Of a stretch of DNA of 64,000 nt, positions 25,767 to 40,700 are shown piece by piece (within the stretch, counting starts at the first letter, position 1; each line of letters begins with the position of its first letter). The position numbers and the translations under genes are program-made. The DNA is from Heterodontus francisci (lineage: Eukaryota): the NCBI RefSeq assembly GCF_036365525.1, contig NC_090412.1, positions 11,698,123 through 11,762,122 on the forward strand. Reading direction: 5' to 3'. The notes below the pieces were generated by a model. The model was not told the origin of the DNA. It did not search any database and saw nothing but the letters and a program-made list of their open reading frames with translations.

Positions 25767-28700
25767 CTGTAGAACAATGAAAGTCAGGACTTAATGATCT
25801 TGAATATGGTGCAGGCTGCTCATGAGGTCGCTTGATTGGTAAATATAACCACTTTATGTTAACCTGTTCCACATTCTTGATGTTTTGTACCTGCTTTTTA
25901 AACTACGGCCTACCGCTACACCTGCATAATTGTGTACACACAACTGGGACTTTGTCCCAACAATATTGCTTTGACAAATGCCCAAAATATACAGTTCGTA
26001 CCATATACTTTCTTGCTAAGATATCACTGATAATATTTTTAATAGACTTGCTTGCCTTCCTCCCTAATACCCTCCCTAAAATAACACAATACTTGCCTAG
26101 AAGCTGGATACTTACGAATTCTAAATTATTGCAGATGATATAATATTATGAAGTTTTGACCCAGGGTCCAATTATTATAGTGATTTCATCATGACTGTTT
26201 TTTGTCATGCCAACACACATGGCTGCCCAGCTATGTAACTGGGCTCTGGGATGGAGGTAGTGGGAACTGGGGGACTGTGGCCAGTCATGCATTGTGTGTT
26301 ACAAGTGCAGAATTTCCAAAGACTTGAAATCTTAATGTTTAAATTTCAATTTATACCTTTCAAGAAATTGAAAGCAGTTTCTTATTAGTATTTTAATAGA
26401 GGATTCTGAAGTGGGACCAGTAGGGTAACGTTAGTAGATTATTTAGCATTAGGATGCATTAACAGTCTTAGAAGGACGATGGAAGCACTGTATGTGTGAA
26501 ATCAGGGCATGATTGGATGTATGGCAATGCTTCTGGGAAGCTATACAACTCAGAAGTCTAATTGCCTTTACTTCTGTGTAACCATGTTGTCCTTGAGATA
26601 AGACTGTGACTGCAGGAGGCACAGGATATTATAAACTGTGAAAACACCAAAGCTCGGGAATGGGGAGGAGACAACAGGGGGGATGATTAATGAGACAATA
26701 CACTTCAGTTTATTGATCTAGCTGCAGCTTTGGAATGTGTCGGTGTGGGTTTGGGGGGGTGGTAGTGTGGACAAATGAGTAACGGTTATTGTATTCTATA
26801 AATTTATGCTACAGACTCTGTTTCATTGAGAAGCCTCTGGATGTTTCACCAGGCACTTCTCCCTTGCACCAGTGTTTGAATAAACCTTTATTTACTTTAA
26901 TCCCCTGGACTCGAGACCAGTTATTTTCCCCACAACAATTTTTTCCCCCTTTTGCTTGACTCCTTGTTGCATACAAAATTCCAGGTCAAGACAAAACCAG
27001 GTTGTTCTGCTTCCAAACCATCGTCAAAGCTACTTTCGAATCAGCCTATGAGCAGTGCATGAGAATACCCAGGTTGATTTGTCCTCCAAACTTTCTCTCC
27101 CTCTTTGTGAGGAAATGGCCTTCCCTTCACCACCTCCCCATAAACCAATCCTGGAAGGCAAGCATCATGTGGAGGTTTGTGTCCTATCATTCCATGCCAT
27201 AGGACATGGAATTCTAATCTGCAATGGTATCACAGAATCATAGAATTGATACAGCACAGAAGGAGGCCATTCGGCCCATCGTGTCTGCGCTGGCTCTCCA
27301 AAAGAGCAATTCACCTAGTGCCACTCCCTGGCCTTCTCCCCATAACCCTGCACATTCTTCCTTTTCAGATAATAATCCAATCCCCTCCTGATTGCCTCGA
27401 TTGAATCTGCCTCCATCACACTCTCAGGCAGTCCATTCCAGATCCTTACCACTCGCTACATGAAAAAGTTTATCCTTATGTTGCCATTGCTTCTTTTGCC
27501 AATTACCTTAAGCTGTGCCTCTTGTTCTTGATCCTTCTAGTTTTCCCCTATCTACTCTGTCCAGACCCCTCATAATTTTGAACTCCATCAAGTCTCCTCT
27601 CAATCTTCTCTTCTCCAAGGAAAACCGTCCCAACTTTTCCAAGCTATCCACATAACTGAAGCTCCTCATCCCTGGAATCATTCTCATGAATCTTTTCTGC
27701 ACTTTCTCTCTAATGCCTTCACATCTTTCCTAAAGTGTGGCACCCAGAACAGGATACAGTACTCCAGTTGAGGCCGAACCAGTGCTCTACACAAGTTTAA
27801 CATAACTTCCTTGCTTTTGTATTCTATGCCCCTATTAATGGAGACTAGGATGCTGTATGCTCTATTAACCATTCCCTCAACCTGTCTTGCCACCTTCAAT
27901 GATTTATGCATATAAACACCCAGGTCCCTCTGCTCCTCCACTCCCTTCAGAATTGTACCCTTTATTTTATATTATCTCTCTGATTTCTTCCTACCAAAAT
28001 GAATCACTTCACACATCTCTGCATTAAATTTCATCTGCCACTTGCCTGCCCATTCCACCAACTTGTCTATGTCCTTTTGAAGTTCTGCACTATCCTACTC
28101 ACAGTTCACAATGTTTCCAAGTTTCGTATTATCTGCAAAATTTTGAAAATTGCCCTGTGCACCAAGGTTTGGGTCATTAATATATATCAGGAACAGCAAG
28201 GGTCCTAATACCGGCCCTTGGGGAACTCCACTACAAACTTTCCTCCAGTCTGAAAAACATCCATTAACCACTGCTCTCTGTTTCCTGTCACTCAGCCAGG
28301 TTGCTACTGTCCCTTTTATTCCTTGAGCTATAATTTTGCTCACAAGTCTGTTGTGTGGCACTTTATCTGATGCTTTTTGGAAGTCCATGTACACCACATC
28401 AACAGCATTGCCCTGATCAACCTTCCCTGTTACCGCATCAAAAAACTCCAGCAAGTTAGTTAAACACAATTTTCCCTTCACAAATCAGTGCTGGCTTTCC
28501 CTATTTAACCCAGATTTGCCCAAATTACTATTAATTTTGTCTTGAATTATTGTTTCTAGAAGTTTCCCCACCACGACTGGTCTGTAGTTGCTGGGATTAT
28601 CTTTACACCCTTTTTTGAAGAAGGATATAATGCTTGCAACTCTGCAGTCCTCTGGCACCACCCCTGAGTCTAAGGAAAACTGAAAAATTATGGCCAGTGC

Positions 28701-31700
28701 CTCTGCAATTTCCACTCTCACTTCCCTCAGTATCCTTGGATGCATCTCATCCAGTCCTGGTGCCTTATTAACTTTAAGTACAGCTAACCCATCCAAGACC
28801 TCCTCCTTATCCATTTTAAATCCAAGTGTCTGAATTACCTCCTCTTTCACCATGACCTGCACAGCATCTTCTTCCTTGGTAAAGATAGATGCAAAATTTT
28901 CATTTAATACCTCAGCCATGCCCCCTGCCTCCATGTGTAAATCCCTTTTTGGTCCCTAATTGGCCTCACTTCTCCTTTCACCACTCTTTTACTATTAATA
29001 TGCTATAGAAGACTTTTGGATTCCCTTTTATATTAGCTGCCAGTCTCTTTTCATACTCTCCCTTTGCTGTAGTGCTGTGGTGTACCTCTTTTACATTCTT
29101 GTTTAACCAATAGAAACAAATTAAGGAATTTTGGTACGATAGTGTTTAGACACTGACCTGGCTGGTGGAGAGGGTAAAGTGGTTACTCATCAGGTATGTT
29201 TTATCAGTGAATAGTTTAGGTAACTCTATTTTCAGTTCCTTTGCCATCTCCCGCAGTCCAAGTAAGTGATTGTCTACTGCCATCCCAGTAATAGCCTAGA
29301 ACATAGTCCAAAATGGAGAAACATTTCATTATTTTATATATACTAACATTATCAAGTATAAACTCAAGATCTTAGAAATTGGGCCTTGCAGCACTTATTT
29401 ATCAATCTAAAATAACAGGCAAGAAATGTGCACACACTTCCGATCGAAAGTGCACCAGCCACCATATTCAATAAGGACAAACAAGAGGCATCCTTTACCT
29501 ACATCTGAAGCAGCCCTTAGGCACTGTACATATGCAAATAAGAGGTCCAATGCCTGCTTGTGGTCCCTGTTGCAAGATCGGTTTAGCCTGAGGAAAAAAA
29601 ATCAACCCTACTTAACAAAAAAGGCTATGTTATTTAACTCTGATTGAGGAACTGGGTAAAAAAAGGGCAGTCCCAAATTTCTAGGCCATTGTATTAATAT
29701 GGAATTACAGGATGTTATCCTATAAGGGTATGCATATTCTCCCCTAAGACCATGTTCTTCTGGTTACTGAAATGGTGGACTGGGTAGCATGCTGTAAGTA
29801 AATGCCAGTCCCATATGTAACCAGCTGCCAAGAAACAAGTGGGATTGGTATAGTGGAGGGTTTATTTTTTTCTCATCCCATCTGTCATTCCACTCAGTCC
29901 CCCTGCCCCACCCCCCCCCCCCTCATCTCTCTGCCCCCAACAACACAGGTTACATTTCACTGCTCTGTTGAATACATCTGTTTTATAAAATTCCCAAGGG
30001 AATTAATTATACACTGGAATATTACTTGGAATAATTTGAAAATGCAGGGACTTTACAAGTTGGACAGCACTACAGATTACTACTGCAAAAAACTGAATGT
30101 AAGTTATGACTTGGACACAGCATAGACTTTGTGACTGAATATTTACCATAACCATGTGTTTAGAGGCAAGAAACCAATTTGTTAAACTGAAATACAAAAT
30201 TCACAATAAGCTTGCTAGTTACCTCAAGTGCTGTAGTGTGAGGATATGTTGAATTCAAAGCAATTAATATTTATATTCTAGTCCTGCTCCTTCTTTCCCT
30301 GCCTCGTACTTGCTTAAAAACTGTAACATCTCTAACTGCTTCCAGTTCTGACGAAAGGTCATCGACCTGAAACATTAACTCTGTTTCTCTCTCCACAGCG
30401 GCTGCCAGACCTGCTGAATATTTCCAGAATTTTCTGTTTTTATTTGCGATTTCGAACATTTGGAGTATCTTGCTTTTGTTTTGCGCTAGTATTTATATAG
30501 TGTCTTTAACATTGAAAAGTATGCCCAGGGCCTTCATTGGAGAAAAAAATGAACACAGAGCAAAAGAGAAGATTCTGAGAGTGACCAGAAGTTTGGCCAA
30601 AGAGGTGGGGTTTAATAAAGGTCTTAAAATTGGAGAAAGGAAATAGTTGTAATCCCAGCCCATGGTAAATTACTAGACATCTAAATAATACAAGGAGAAA
30701 ATAAATAGCCCTTTTTAATTAAACAAACACAGTTGTTAAAGTTTTTAAGGGACAGTTTTGGTATGCTATATTTTTATAGGGGACAGGATATGTTGCTGCA
30801 TTACCCAGGAATAGTCTTTAAAATTTGGCTGAACTGTTTGATAAAACTGTAGCTTTGGCAACAACACCATTGAGGGTGCAGAATGCACTGCACTGTGACG
30901 GCCAACAAACTGACTGCAGGAGCGTTTAAGCACTGGTAGTAAGGGAGAGACACTTGGACAGAATTTGTGAATGCAATGACAAAGAGACACAATATTCAGG
31001 AAATGTCTGCGAACAATAGGTTACTTTGGAAATGGGTAAGGAGGGAGAGCATTTGATGGTCGAAGACTACAGAGCCCCTTTGTGTGAATAAGACTGTGAA
31101 TGCTGGAAATCAGAAATAAAACCCAGGCAATACTAAAAGTCTATAGTAGGATCTGCCAACATTTGAAAGGAGAAAAAGTTAATGTCGGGTGGGATCCATT
31201 CTCAGAACTGGGTTGTGCCTGAAACATGAGGATGCCTTTTTTCTTTTCAGATGTCAATGGACCCACTTGTGCTTTGTCAATGTTTACAGCTGTTATTAAG
31301 CTCCTTTATTTATATTGAGGATTATTGTGACTGCTAAAGCCTTATTCATCCGTATTGCCTGTAGAGGGAAACAAACTATGAGTTATTTCCATCATGGCAG
31401 TGCCATTTATAAGCAATGTGATATCATTGCATCACGTGTTTGCAAGCAAAACGTTTGCCAAATGTTCTTTTGTGAATATAATTCCCCTTTAAATTTCCAT
31501 TTCGGTTTCCAGTGGTTTGAAGGAGAACAAGCCAATGCATTTCACCCAAAATTTCAATCATCTATTTCATAACGAAATTAAAACCGGTCATCCCGGTTGT
31601 GCTGTTATACAGTAAAAAAATTGTCCCTATGAATGTCAGAGAGACTTAATTTATGGCTGATAAAAGGAAATCACATTTTCTGACTATAAATTAAATCTGC

Positions 31701-34700
31701 CTTATAATAGATTGCATCATAGAGTATGAGCCCGATGAATCTTAATAAATTGAAACATCACAGCACAGTAGAGTGTCCTAATACTGAGCCACTAAGCTGT
31801 TATTTTAAAATATGGATTTTTTTTCTTGTCTTGGCATCATAAAAAACAATCTTTATTTTCCTGTTACAGAATGATATGAAATATTGAAAACTGGAAGATT
31901 TATTGAATAACTAATGAAAGTACCCAGTACTCTAAGTGCATTCAGTTACTAAAGATACCACTTACTGCTTCACTGTAAGTAATTAATTAATTAGCCTGTA
32001 AAAGATGTAATCAATAAAACTTTTACTTTGCTAGCCCAGCATTTGGAACTGTAATTATTTTCACTTACTAGGATAGTGTAATTGGTCTGTGCATCGATTG
32101 CTGCCCAGAGAAGTTCCATCTTTTTTGAGTCCTGCTATCAGAAGTCAAACATCACTCATTAGGTTGTTCATTCTGTACAGGCATGTGTAATACCTGGCCA
32201 CTCAGACACACATACCCCCCCTCATACATTTCACTCACTCACTTGGATGCACGCACTCTGGCATCAAGTCCTATTCACCTATTAACCCTGTGCGTGCTGA
32301 TCTACATTAGCTCCCAGTTAAGCAACACCTCCATTTTAAAACTCTCATCCTTGTTTTCAACTCCTTCCTTGGCCTCGCCCCTTCCTATCTCTATGAAATT
32401 CTCCAACCCTCCGAAATATTTGCGTTCCTCTTAACTCTAGCCTCTTGAGCATCCCAGACTTTAATCACTTCATGATTGGTGACCATGCCTTTAGTTGCCA
32501 AGGCCCTAATTTCTGTATTCCATCCATAAACCTCTCCACCTCTCCACCTCGCCTCCTTAAAGACATTCTTTAAAACCTACCTCTTTAAGAAAGTTTTTTA
32601 CACCTGCCCTAATATATCTTTATGTGGTGCGATATCAATTTTTGCATTATAATGTTTATGTGGAGTACTTTGGGAGTCTTTATTACTGTTAAAGGTGCTA
32701 TATAAACACAAGCTGTTGGTACACACATTCATTCTTCAACGCATACACATGGATGCACTACACTAATCATTCAGCTTTACACTTGCACGCGCTCACTCAG
32801 TGTATCTCTCACATACACTCAGGCATGCCCACATTCTCACTTGTGCCTCCAGAGATGCATGTAACATGCAGGCACGAGTTCACACTCTACGACATGTGGA
32901 AACAGACTTACAATGGCAGTGAAACAGAGAAAGGAATAAATCAATACGTTGACAATACAAAAGGCAAGAAGATCTACCAGGATTAAATTACAACTGGTAT
33001 ATGTATAGAAGAAATATTTATGTAAGGTAGAAAGAAAAATGAGGATTTGGACCCATGATGGGAGTTATTAATATTTGAGCACTTAATGCATTTGTCTGAA
33101 GTTCTGCTCTCTGCCACTTTAGCAAAGGTGTTAAACCATTTAAAATGCCCCAGCTAAAAGAGCAGCAAGAGGAATTTCAGAAAAACATGGTAAGTCTTCG
33201 TATAGAATCATACAAAAGCAGGCCATTCAGCCCATTGTGTCTATGCTGGCTCTTTTAAAGAGCTATCCAATTCGTCCTATTCCCCTGCCTTTTCCCCGTA
33301 GTCCTGCAAATTTTCACTTTTCAAGTATTTTTCCAATTCTCTTTTGAAAGTTACTACACATATCCTGTGGTATCATAGCAGGGTTGTGGGGAATAGGGGT
33401 AGAGAGAGAAGTCAAGACAGGCCAAAAAGAAAACGAGTCCAAAAATGAGAGTAGAGCAAAAAGAAGAGAGGACGGGGCAGATAGGGAGCAAGAGAAAGAC
33501 GCACCGAGATTGAGGTTTCCCCATCTATCATTGCTTTGACAAAATTGAAAGCCTCTTTAGTTGCTGATCGGATGTTATCAACTCTTCCTTCCTGGAAGCG
33601 ACGTGTTGAAGCACTTTCGTATGTGGGGACAAGTCTCCCATGGCATCTGGATTAGAAACAACAAGAGCAATTTGTTGCAATGTGGGAACTCCCAAAGAGG
33701 AAGGAAAATAAGGAAGACCAAAACCATTGTGATGGATGAGCAAAATTAAATTAGAAGTAAAGAAACAAATAGTCATCAGGAATGGGGCATGTGAAAAACT
33801 CAGCTAAGGATAATTATAAAATGAATACCAGAAAAGAGAACAATAGAAAGCTATATTCTAGGTAGCAGCAGGAAAGGATTCTAAGACATATTTTACATAA
33901 GGTATGCAATAAAACAGACATATCAATTAAGCATTAAATATATTAATATGGAGGATCAGGAAATATCAGATGTACAATAGTAATTTTTTACAGCAGACCT
34001 CATAAATGATATGAAGAAATTCTAGATGCAGTCATTTTAACTTGGAATGTACAAACTATTTAGACATTACTAATGCATGCATTATGAAGAATCTCAAGGA
34101 ATTAAATGTACCCAGTGCACCAGATGGCTTGCATCCAAAAATCTTCAAGGAAGTGAGAGAGGAAATAAGTGAGAGAAGAAATGACTTGTGTTCAACATTG
34201 GGGAAACAGTAGTAAAGTGTCTGATGCATGCAGTGATGTGAATTGTGTGAATTAACCTGTTAGAATCATTTCAGAGCACATTTTTTAATTAGGCTTGATA
34301 ATTTTAACAATCTAGTTTCAATCATTCTTTCTCTGTTTCCTCTGGAGTTGCTGTCTTTGATGTTTGAAACATTCTGGTCCCCTCCAGTGTCACAAGCAGC
34401 AAGTACTTGCTCAGAGTTTGTGCAGGATATTGCTGAGTGCAATAAACTCTGTCACTGGAGTTGCCCTTCTATTTCTTCATGCAAATGTGCATAGCTGGTC
34501 TCAGTTCAGACAGCTTGCAGGCTCCAGGAATGCACTTCCATATGGATGGTCTCCTATGTGGGCTGCCCACACTGGCAGAGAGTGGAGGAGATGGTGCACT
34601 TCAGCCTGGAACAGTGAGCAAATCAATCAGTGAATTGGAACAGCACACTCACTTGGGATTTGCATCCCTAACAAGCTCGAGTTCAGAACAAAGTCCTGAA

Positions 34701-37700
34701 CCTGGGCCACTGCACTGATACTAATTAGGTTGCACAATGTGCCGGGGTGGATGGGTGGGTTGAATGTCTGCCAATTCTATCGATGCTCCCGAGCTAAAAT
34801 GCAAAGAGTTAGATTTCTGAATTTGGAATTGTCAGCATTGATTTAGAATCAACCTGTTGTGCCTCACAAATCTACTGAAATTCTTTGAAGAGGTAACCAA
34901 ATTGAACTAGCAAAGGCAATCCAGTGGCCATAATCTACTTAGATTTTCAGAAAGCATTTGATAAAGTTCCACATATGAGCTTTAATCTCATTTAGAAATC
35001 TCAGGATATTACTGGAATATTAGTTAATTGGATTGTAAATTGCTTTGGCATTGAAAAGCAGCAAGTGATGATAAATGGAAAAATATCTGGCTAGAGGGTA
35101 TTAAGTAATTAAGTTCTTAGAGGCATCTGTTGTTAGTCCCCTGCTTTTCACACTAACCAGAAATAATACTGACGAGAAAGCTTGCAATATCAGACAATTT
35201 GCCAAGCTGTTTGGCTAGATGATGAGCATGAGAGATTGATAACATTATGAAAGATTGGGATCAGTTGAGTGCATGAGGTTTGAAATGGCAGAAGGGGTTT
35301 AATGCGGATTCAAATGAAAATATATGCAAATTGAAACAGGAATTGTGATACTGGATGCATTTTGAAAACATCTTACCTTGTAAACATAATGAAGGCACAT
35401 AATTTTGGAACAATTTGACTTGGTCCTGAAGAGGACCTTGAGTACTCTCATGAGTAGAGTTTTGGTTTTTCGTTTTGCTAAAGTAATCTCATGTTCAATG
35501 AGCGACCTGGGCACCCTCTCCCAGCACTCGGTCTTTCACTCGAATTTGACTAGTGCGAGCTAAAAGGCAGGATTCATGGCCCCACTGGAGAGTAAGATGA
35601 TTGGAAAATGGAAATCAGCAGCCCTTAAACCATACACTCTTAGCTGAGGCAGAGGTAGGACAAAATGAAGGGATATCCACCAGGGAAGTGGAAAAGAAAA
35701 ACAATTTGTGTGTTTTTATTGCTCATTCACTGAAGATATCCAGTCAATCTGAAATTGTTAGCAACAATCCAACTGCTGCATCAGAAGGATATATGATGAT
35801 ATACTGAAACAAGTTATGCTTCTTTTGATTTTTGGTAATGATAAATTCGGACTGTTACCGGGTGTCTTACCTTTAAAAGGACACAAGTCATAGTTCGGAA
35901 AAAGATGATCCCATGCCTCAGTGGATCTAAGTTTTGAAGAGAGACTCACAAAGGAAGTATAGACCAATTAACTCAAAGTTAATGGTAGGAAAAATAATGG
36001 AATCCTTACTCAAAGGTATAACAAACAACAACCTAGAAACCAAAAATATAATTTCAAAAGGGAAAATCATGTTTAACTAATCTTTTTTAATTTTTGAAGG
36101 ATAATGGGAAGGATAGGTAAGTGTAATGCAATAAACATAATATATTTGGGTGTTCAGCAGGCCTTTGATAAGGTACCACATAGTAGTCCATGACCCTGGT
36201 CAGAATTTGTGGGATCAGAAAACATTAGGCAGAATGGATAGCAAGCTCGCTATGAAACAGAAAATAGAGAGTGGAAGTTAAAGGTAATTAGACTGGCAAA
36301 AGGTGGAAAATGGTCTTCACCGGGAATCAGTGCTGGGACCACAGTTATTCACCATTTACAGAATTGATTTGGACTCGAAAATCAGAAGTACAAATTCAAA
36401 ATTGACGGATGACCCCAAATTGGGGGTCTAGTTAATACAGAGAAGGACTGCAACAAACTACAGGATGACAGTATTAACCTTTGAGAATGAGAATGTAATT
36501 GGCAAATGAACTTTAATGGAAGTGTGAGGTGGAACATTTTGGCAGGAAGAATAGGAAAGCCGAATAATCCTTTAAAAATGTGTGTAATTGGGTAGAGAAG
36601 CAGAGGGATCTGGAGGTACAGATACACATATCACCAAAAGTAGCAGTACAGGCTAATAAACCCATTAAAAAAGCTAACAAGGCACTGGGGTTTATTTCCA
36701 GAGGGGTAGAATTGATGAACAGAGAAGTTATGTTAAACGTGTACGGAACCTTGGTTAGACCGCACATGAAGTACTGTGAACCGTTCTGGTCTCCTTATTA
36801 TAAAAAGGAGAAGGTACAAAAAAGATTTACTGGGATTTAGACTCGAACTGAGAGGTCAGACCCATCAAGAAAGATTTACAGGCTGCTACTCTTTTTTCTA
36901 GAGATGAGAAGACTGAGGGGTGACCTGTTCGAGATCTTTAAGATTATGAAAGGGTTTGATTGGGTATATGTAGATAAGATATTTCCACTTGCGAGGTAGA
37001 CGAGAATTAAGGGCCATAAACATAAGAGAGTCACTAATTAATCCAATAGTGAATTCAGGAGAAACTTAACCCAGAGAGTCGTTAGAAAGTGAAAGAAGGA
37101 GTAGTTGAGGCGACGAGCATAGATGCATTTAAGGGGAAGCAAGATAAACACATAAGGGAGATAGGAATAGAAGGATATGTTGATGGGGTGAGATGAAGAA
37201 GGGTGGGAGGAAGCTCATGTGGAGCATAAACACTGGCATGGTCTGCTTCTGTGCTGTAAATACAATGTAAAACAGACCTTACTTTCATTCAACAAAAGAA
37301 AATTAGAAAGGACAATGAAAGAGGTTCTTAAAATGCTGTGACATTGGGTCATGCAAATGCAAATAAGTTACTTAACTTGAATGTTGAACACAGAATTAAA
37401 GGCCATGAATATAAATTAATAAGCCTCAAGCAAGTTGGAAGAGATCTTCCCCACAGAATGGTGGTTACAAAGAGAAGCAGCAATAGAGAGAATTGACTGA
37501 TATGTGCACAATGTTGGTTGTTACACTGGCAGGAACTTGGAGTTTCATCTCAAGGAAGGAAACTTGTCAGGGAAGAATAAATCAAGACATAATATTAGAT
37601 GAGTATTTTTTCAGTTTTGCTTGCTTCATGTTTTGAGAGACAGGGAGAACATGTCCAAATCCTTTGTTGAAGAAGTCAAATGACAGTAGATTAAGTTTGA

Positions 37701-40700
37701 CATGGTCTATGGTCAGAACAAGATTGATCGGTCAAGCAACCTGTGCCAATTCTATGCTTTCCTTTGTTTCTAAAGTCAGATTGGTGCACATTAAAGGTCA
37801 ATAAAATTCTACACACTGCAGAGACTCACCTGTAAAATGATAACTGCAATGCAACCTGGACAAAGGCATCAGGACTCATCTTCTGTTTTTTGATAAAGTC
37901 TTTGCCAAAACCCTTAAACCGGTACACCATTAGATCAATGTTTTCTATCAGCCTGGAAAAATATATTACAAAAGCTATAAAATGCATTTAATATCGTCAT
38001 AATCTGCAGGATTCACATTTCCTTGGATAAGCTACATAAATAGCTTAATTTATGCCAAATTCAGGAATTATAGAATTTTTAAATATTCATTAATGGGATG
38101 TGGGTGTCACTGGTAAGGCCAGCATTTATTGCCCATCCCTAATTATCTTTGAGAAGGTGGTCATGAGCCACCTTCGTTAATCCAAATGAGTGGCTTGCTC
38201 GGCTATTTCAGAGGGCTGTTAAGAAGCCATCACGTTGCTGTGGGTCTGGAGTCACTTTTAGGCCAGACCAGGTAAGGATGGCAGATTTCCTTCCCTAGAA
38301 GACATTAGTGAAACAGATTAGTTTTTATGACAATCCATTTAGCTTCTTGGTCACCATTACCGATACTAGCTTTTTATTCCATATTTTTATTCAATTAATT
38401 GAATTTAAATTCCCCAACTGCCATGGTGGGATTTGAACTCATGTCTTCAGATCATTATTCTAGGCCTCTGAATTACTAGTTAAGTAACATAACCACTACC
38501 CTACTTTACCCAGAACAGCAATGAATGACCAAACCTTTTATAAAATGTTCCGCTATAATTACTTTAATAACTGTTCCACAAAGAAACTCTGATCAAATAT
38601 CCCTTACAGGTTGGTCTGTACCTTTGGAGTTTATCAGCTGCTGAAGTTATATATCTATGGGTTTCAGAGTCACATTTCCACCTCAGTCTTCTTGGGGCAG
38701 GCAGCTCACAAACAGAGTCAGCTCGTACTAACTTCCTTGAAGTCTCTTTACTGTAAAAGATACATCACATATACCTAAAATACTCAGCATTTATGGTCTG
38801 CAATATAGTACTAACAATGGCTTTATGTAGACATACCTAGGAATACTAACTGAATTCAATGCTAAGTGGTCTGTCCACACTTCATTTTTCCAACAATTGC
38901 AGTGTTAATGAAACACAATGTAAAGATTGAACTCAATCTTGAATTATTTTTATATTTCAAAAGAGCTCACAGGACAATCTGCTCCTTAACAATATTAAAA
39001 CTTGACCAGCAGATGGAACCTTTAAAGCAGAGCTCTACACTAATGTGCCTCCATGAATGTACAGAGCTCCAATTTCACTGATTAGCGAGCTATGTGGGAC
39101 AAATATTATAATTCTGGTCTGCCTGCTCCACAACTCTCTAAGCATTTACCAGTCTTAAACTTTTAACAGTAGTGTAACCATGCCCTATCATGTTCTTACA
39201 GTGTGCTGTAAAACTTACTATATAGTGAAAAAAGACAAATGAAATTAAAGTAAATTCTAGTGAATAACTGTCCCTTCATGTATTTTTTACACTACCTCAA
39301 TAGAGAGGAGTGACTTATACAAAAGTGACAGTAAATAAAGATGTGACTCTTACAATATATTTTTTCTGATATACTTAATCTCCAACTGTTCTGAATATAT
39401 GCTGTATATACAGAAGCCCAATGGTGACTTTACCACTGTTTTAATAAAGGTGCTAGTTACATTTAATGATCAATGTCTCCATTAAAATAGCAGACAAACT
39501 AACATCATGTGAATGTGTAAGGCATTCAAATGCTAATATCGCACTGTAATTTTTAGCCCATAGTCTTGGTAAACTGGGTTAAAAACAAAAATGCTCTCTC
39601 ACAAAACCTTAAATCCATCTGAGAATTCCGCTATCCCTATTGTTCATCTGCCACCTCTGGTAAAATTACCGATTGGCAAAGATTTTGCAAGTTTGATTTT
39701 TGCAAAATAAGAATTAATAAAGCAAGAAAAATAGTAAGAAAATAATGACATACATGTAACAGAGTAGATGTTCAACACATTGTACAACTGCAATCCCTTC
39801 TGCAGGTGAGTGTTCATAGACCAGCCCACAAGCTCCATCTTTTCCAACAATAAACTGCAGGAAAAATGGAAATTTGTCTGTATTTTTTGAATTAAACTGT
39901 ATGTAAGGCTGCATTATGGTGAGGTCATCCCAAATATAGAATGTCAAACTATTACTAGTGCACCTTCTAATAACTATCCATTTTGATATTTTACCGATTA
40001 TATGCACAGACAACACAGCTCTTCATCAAAATATGCAGGAGTCTTGTTTGCATGAGGCAGCTCTAACAACCTGCAGTTGGAGACAACTTTAACAGGGGCT
40101 GGTATCTCATGAAATTGGATTTGTCAATGGGACAAGAAAACTTAGAAAGCTTCTACAGGTGTACCAACAGACAACAAATTCCTCGTAGGCTAATACATGC
40201 TCCAGCAATCCTGGTTCAACAATTGCAGATTTAATTCTGTATTTCAACTTCTATGTTTAACAGGCAGAGTTCCAGTCGGTAAACCTGTCTACAATATAGA
40301 AATAACACCCAGTGAAGCTTTTCACTTGTATTGTGTGTGTGCTAAACTTTGAGGTGTGATATCTCTTGTGTTTCTGGTAGAAATATGGAGATCTAACTTA
40401 AACACAAGCAACTCTCATCTAGTTAAAATTTCACAGAGGATTGACAACCTGGCCACATCAGTCTGGCATTGAAGATAATAGACTTTGGCATTGAGTATGC
40501 CATTCTCATCAAGCCCAAGGTTTTAGATGTAGACATTGGTATAAATACCATGTACCATGTGAAATAAACAGGTTAATGCTTATGTTAAAAATTAAGAAGC
40601 CAAGTAATGTCATTTGAACACATTTAGCACTCATGCACTATTATCACAAACAGGAATTTCTAGGCTAATATGTTTAAATATTGCCAATGATGTGATATTT

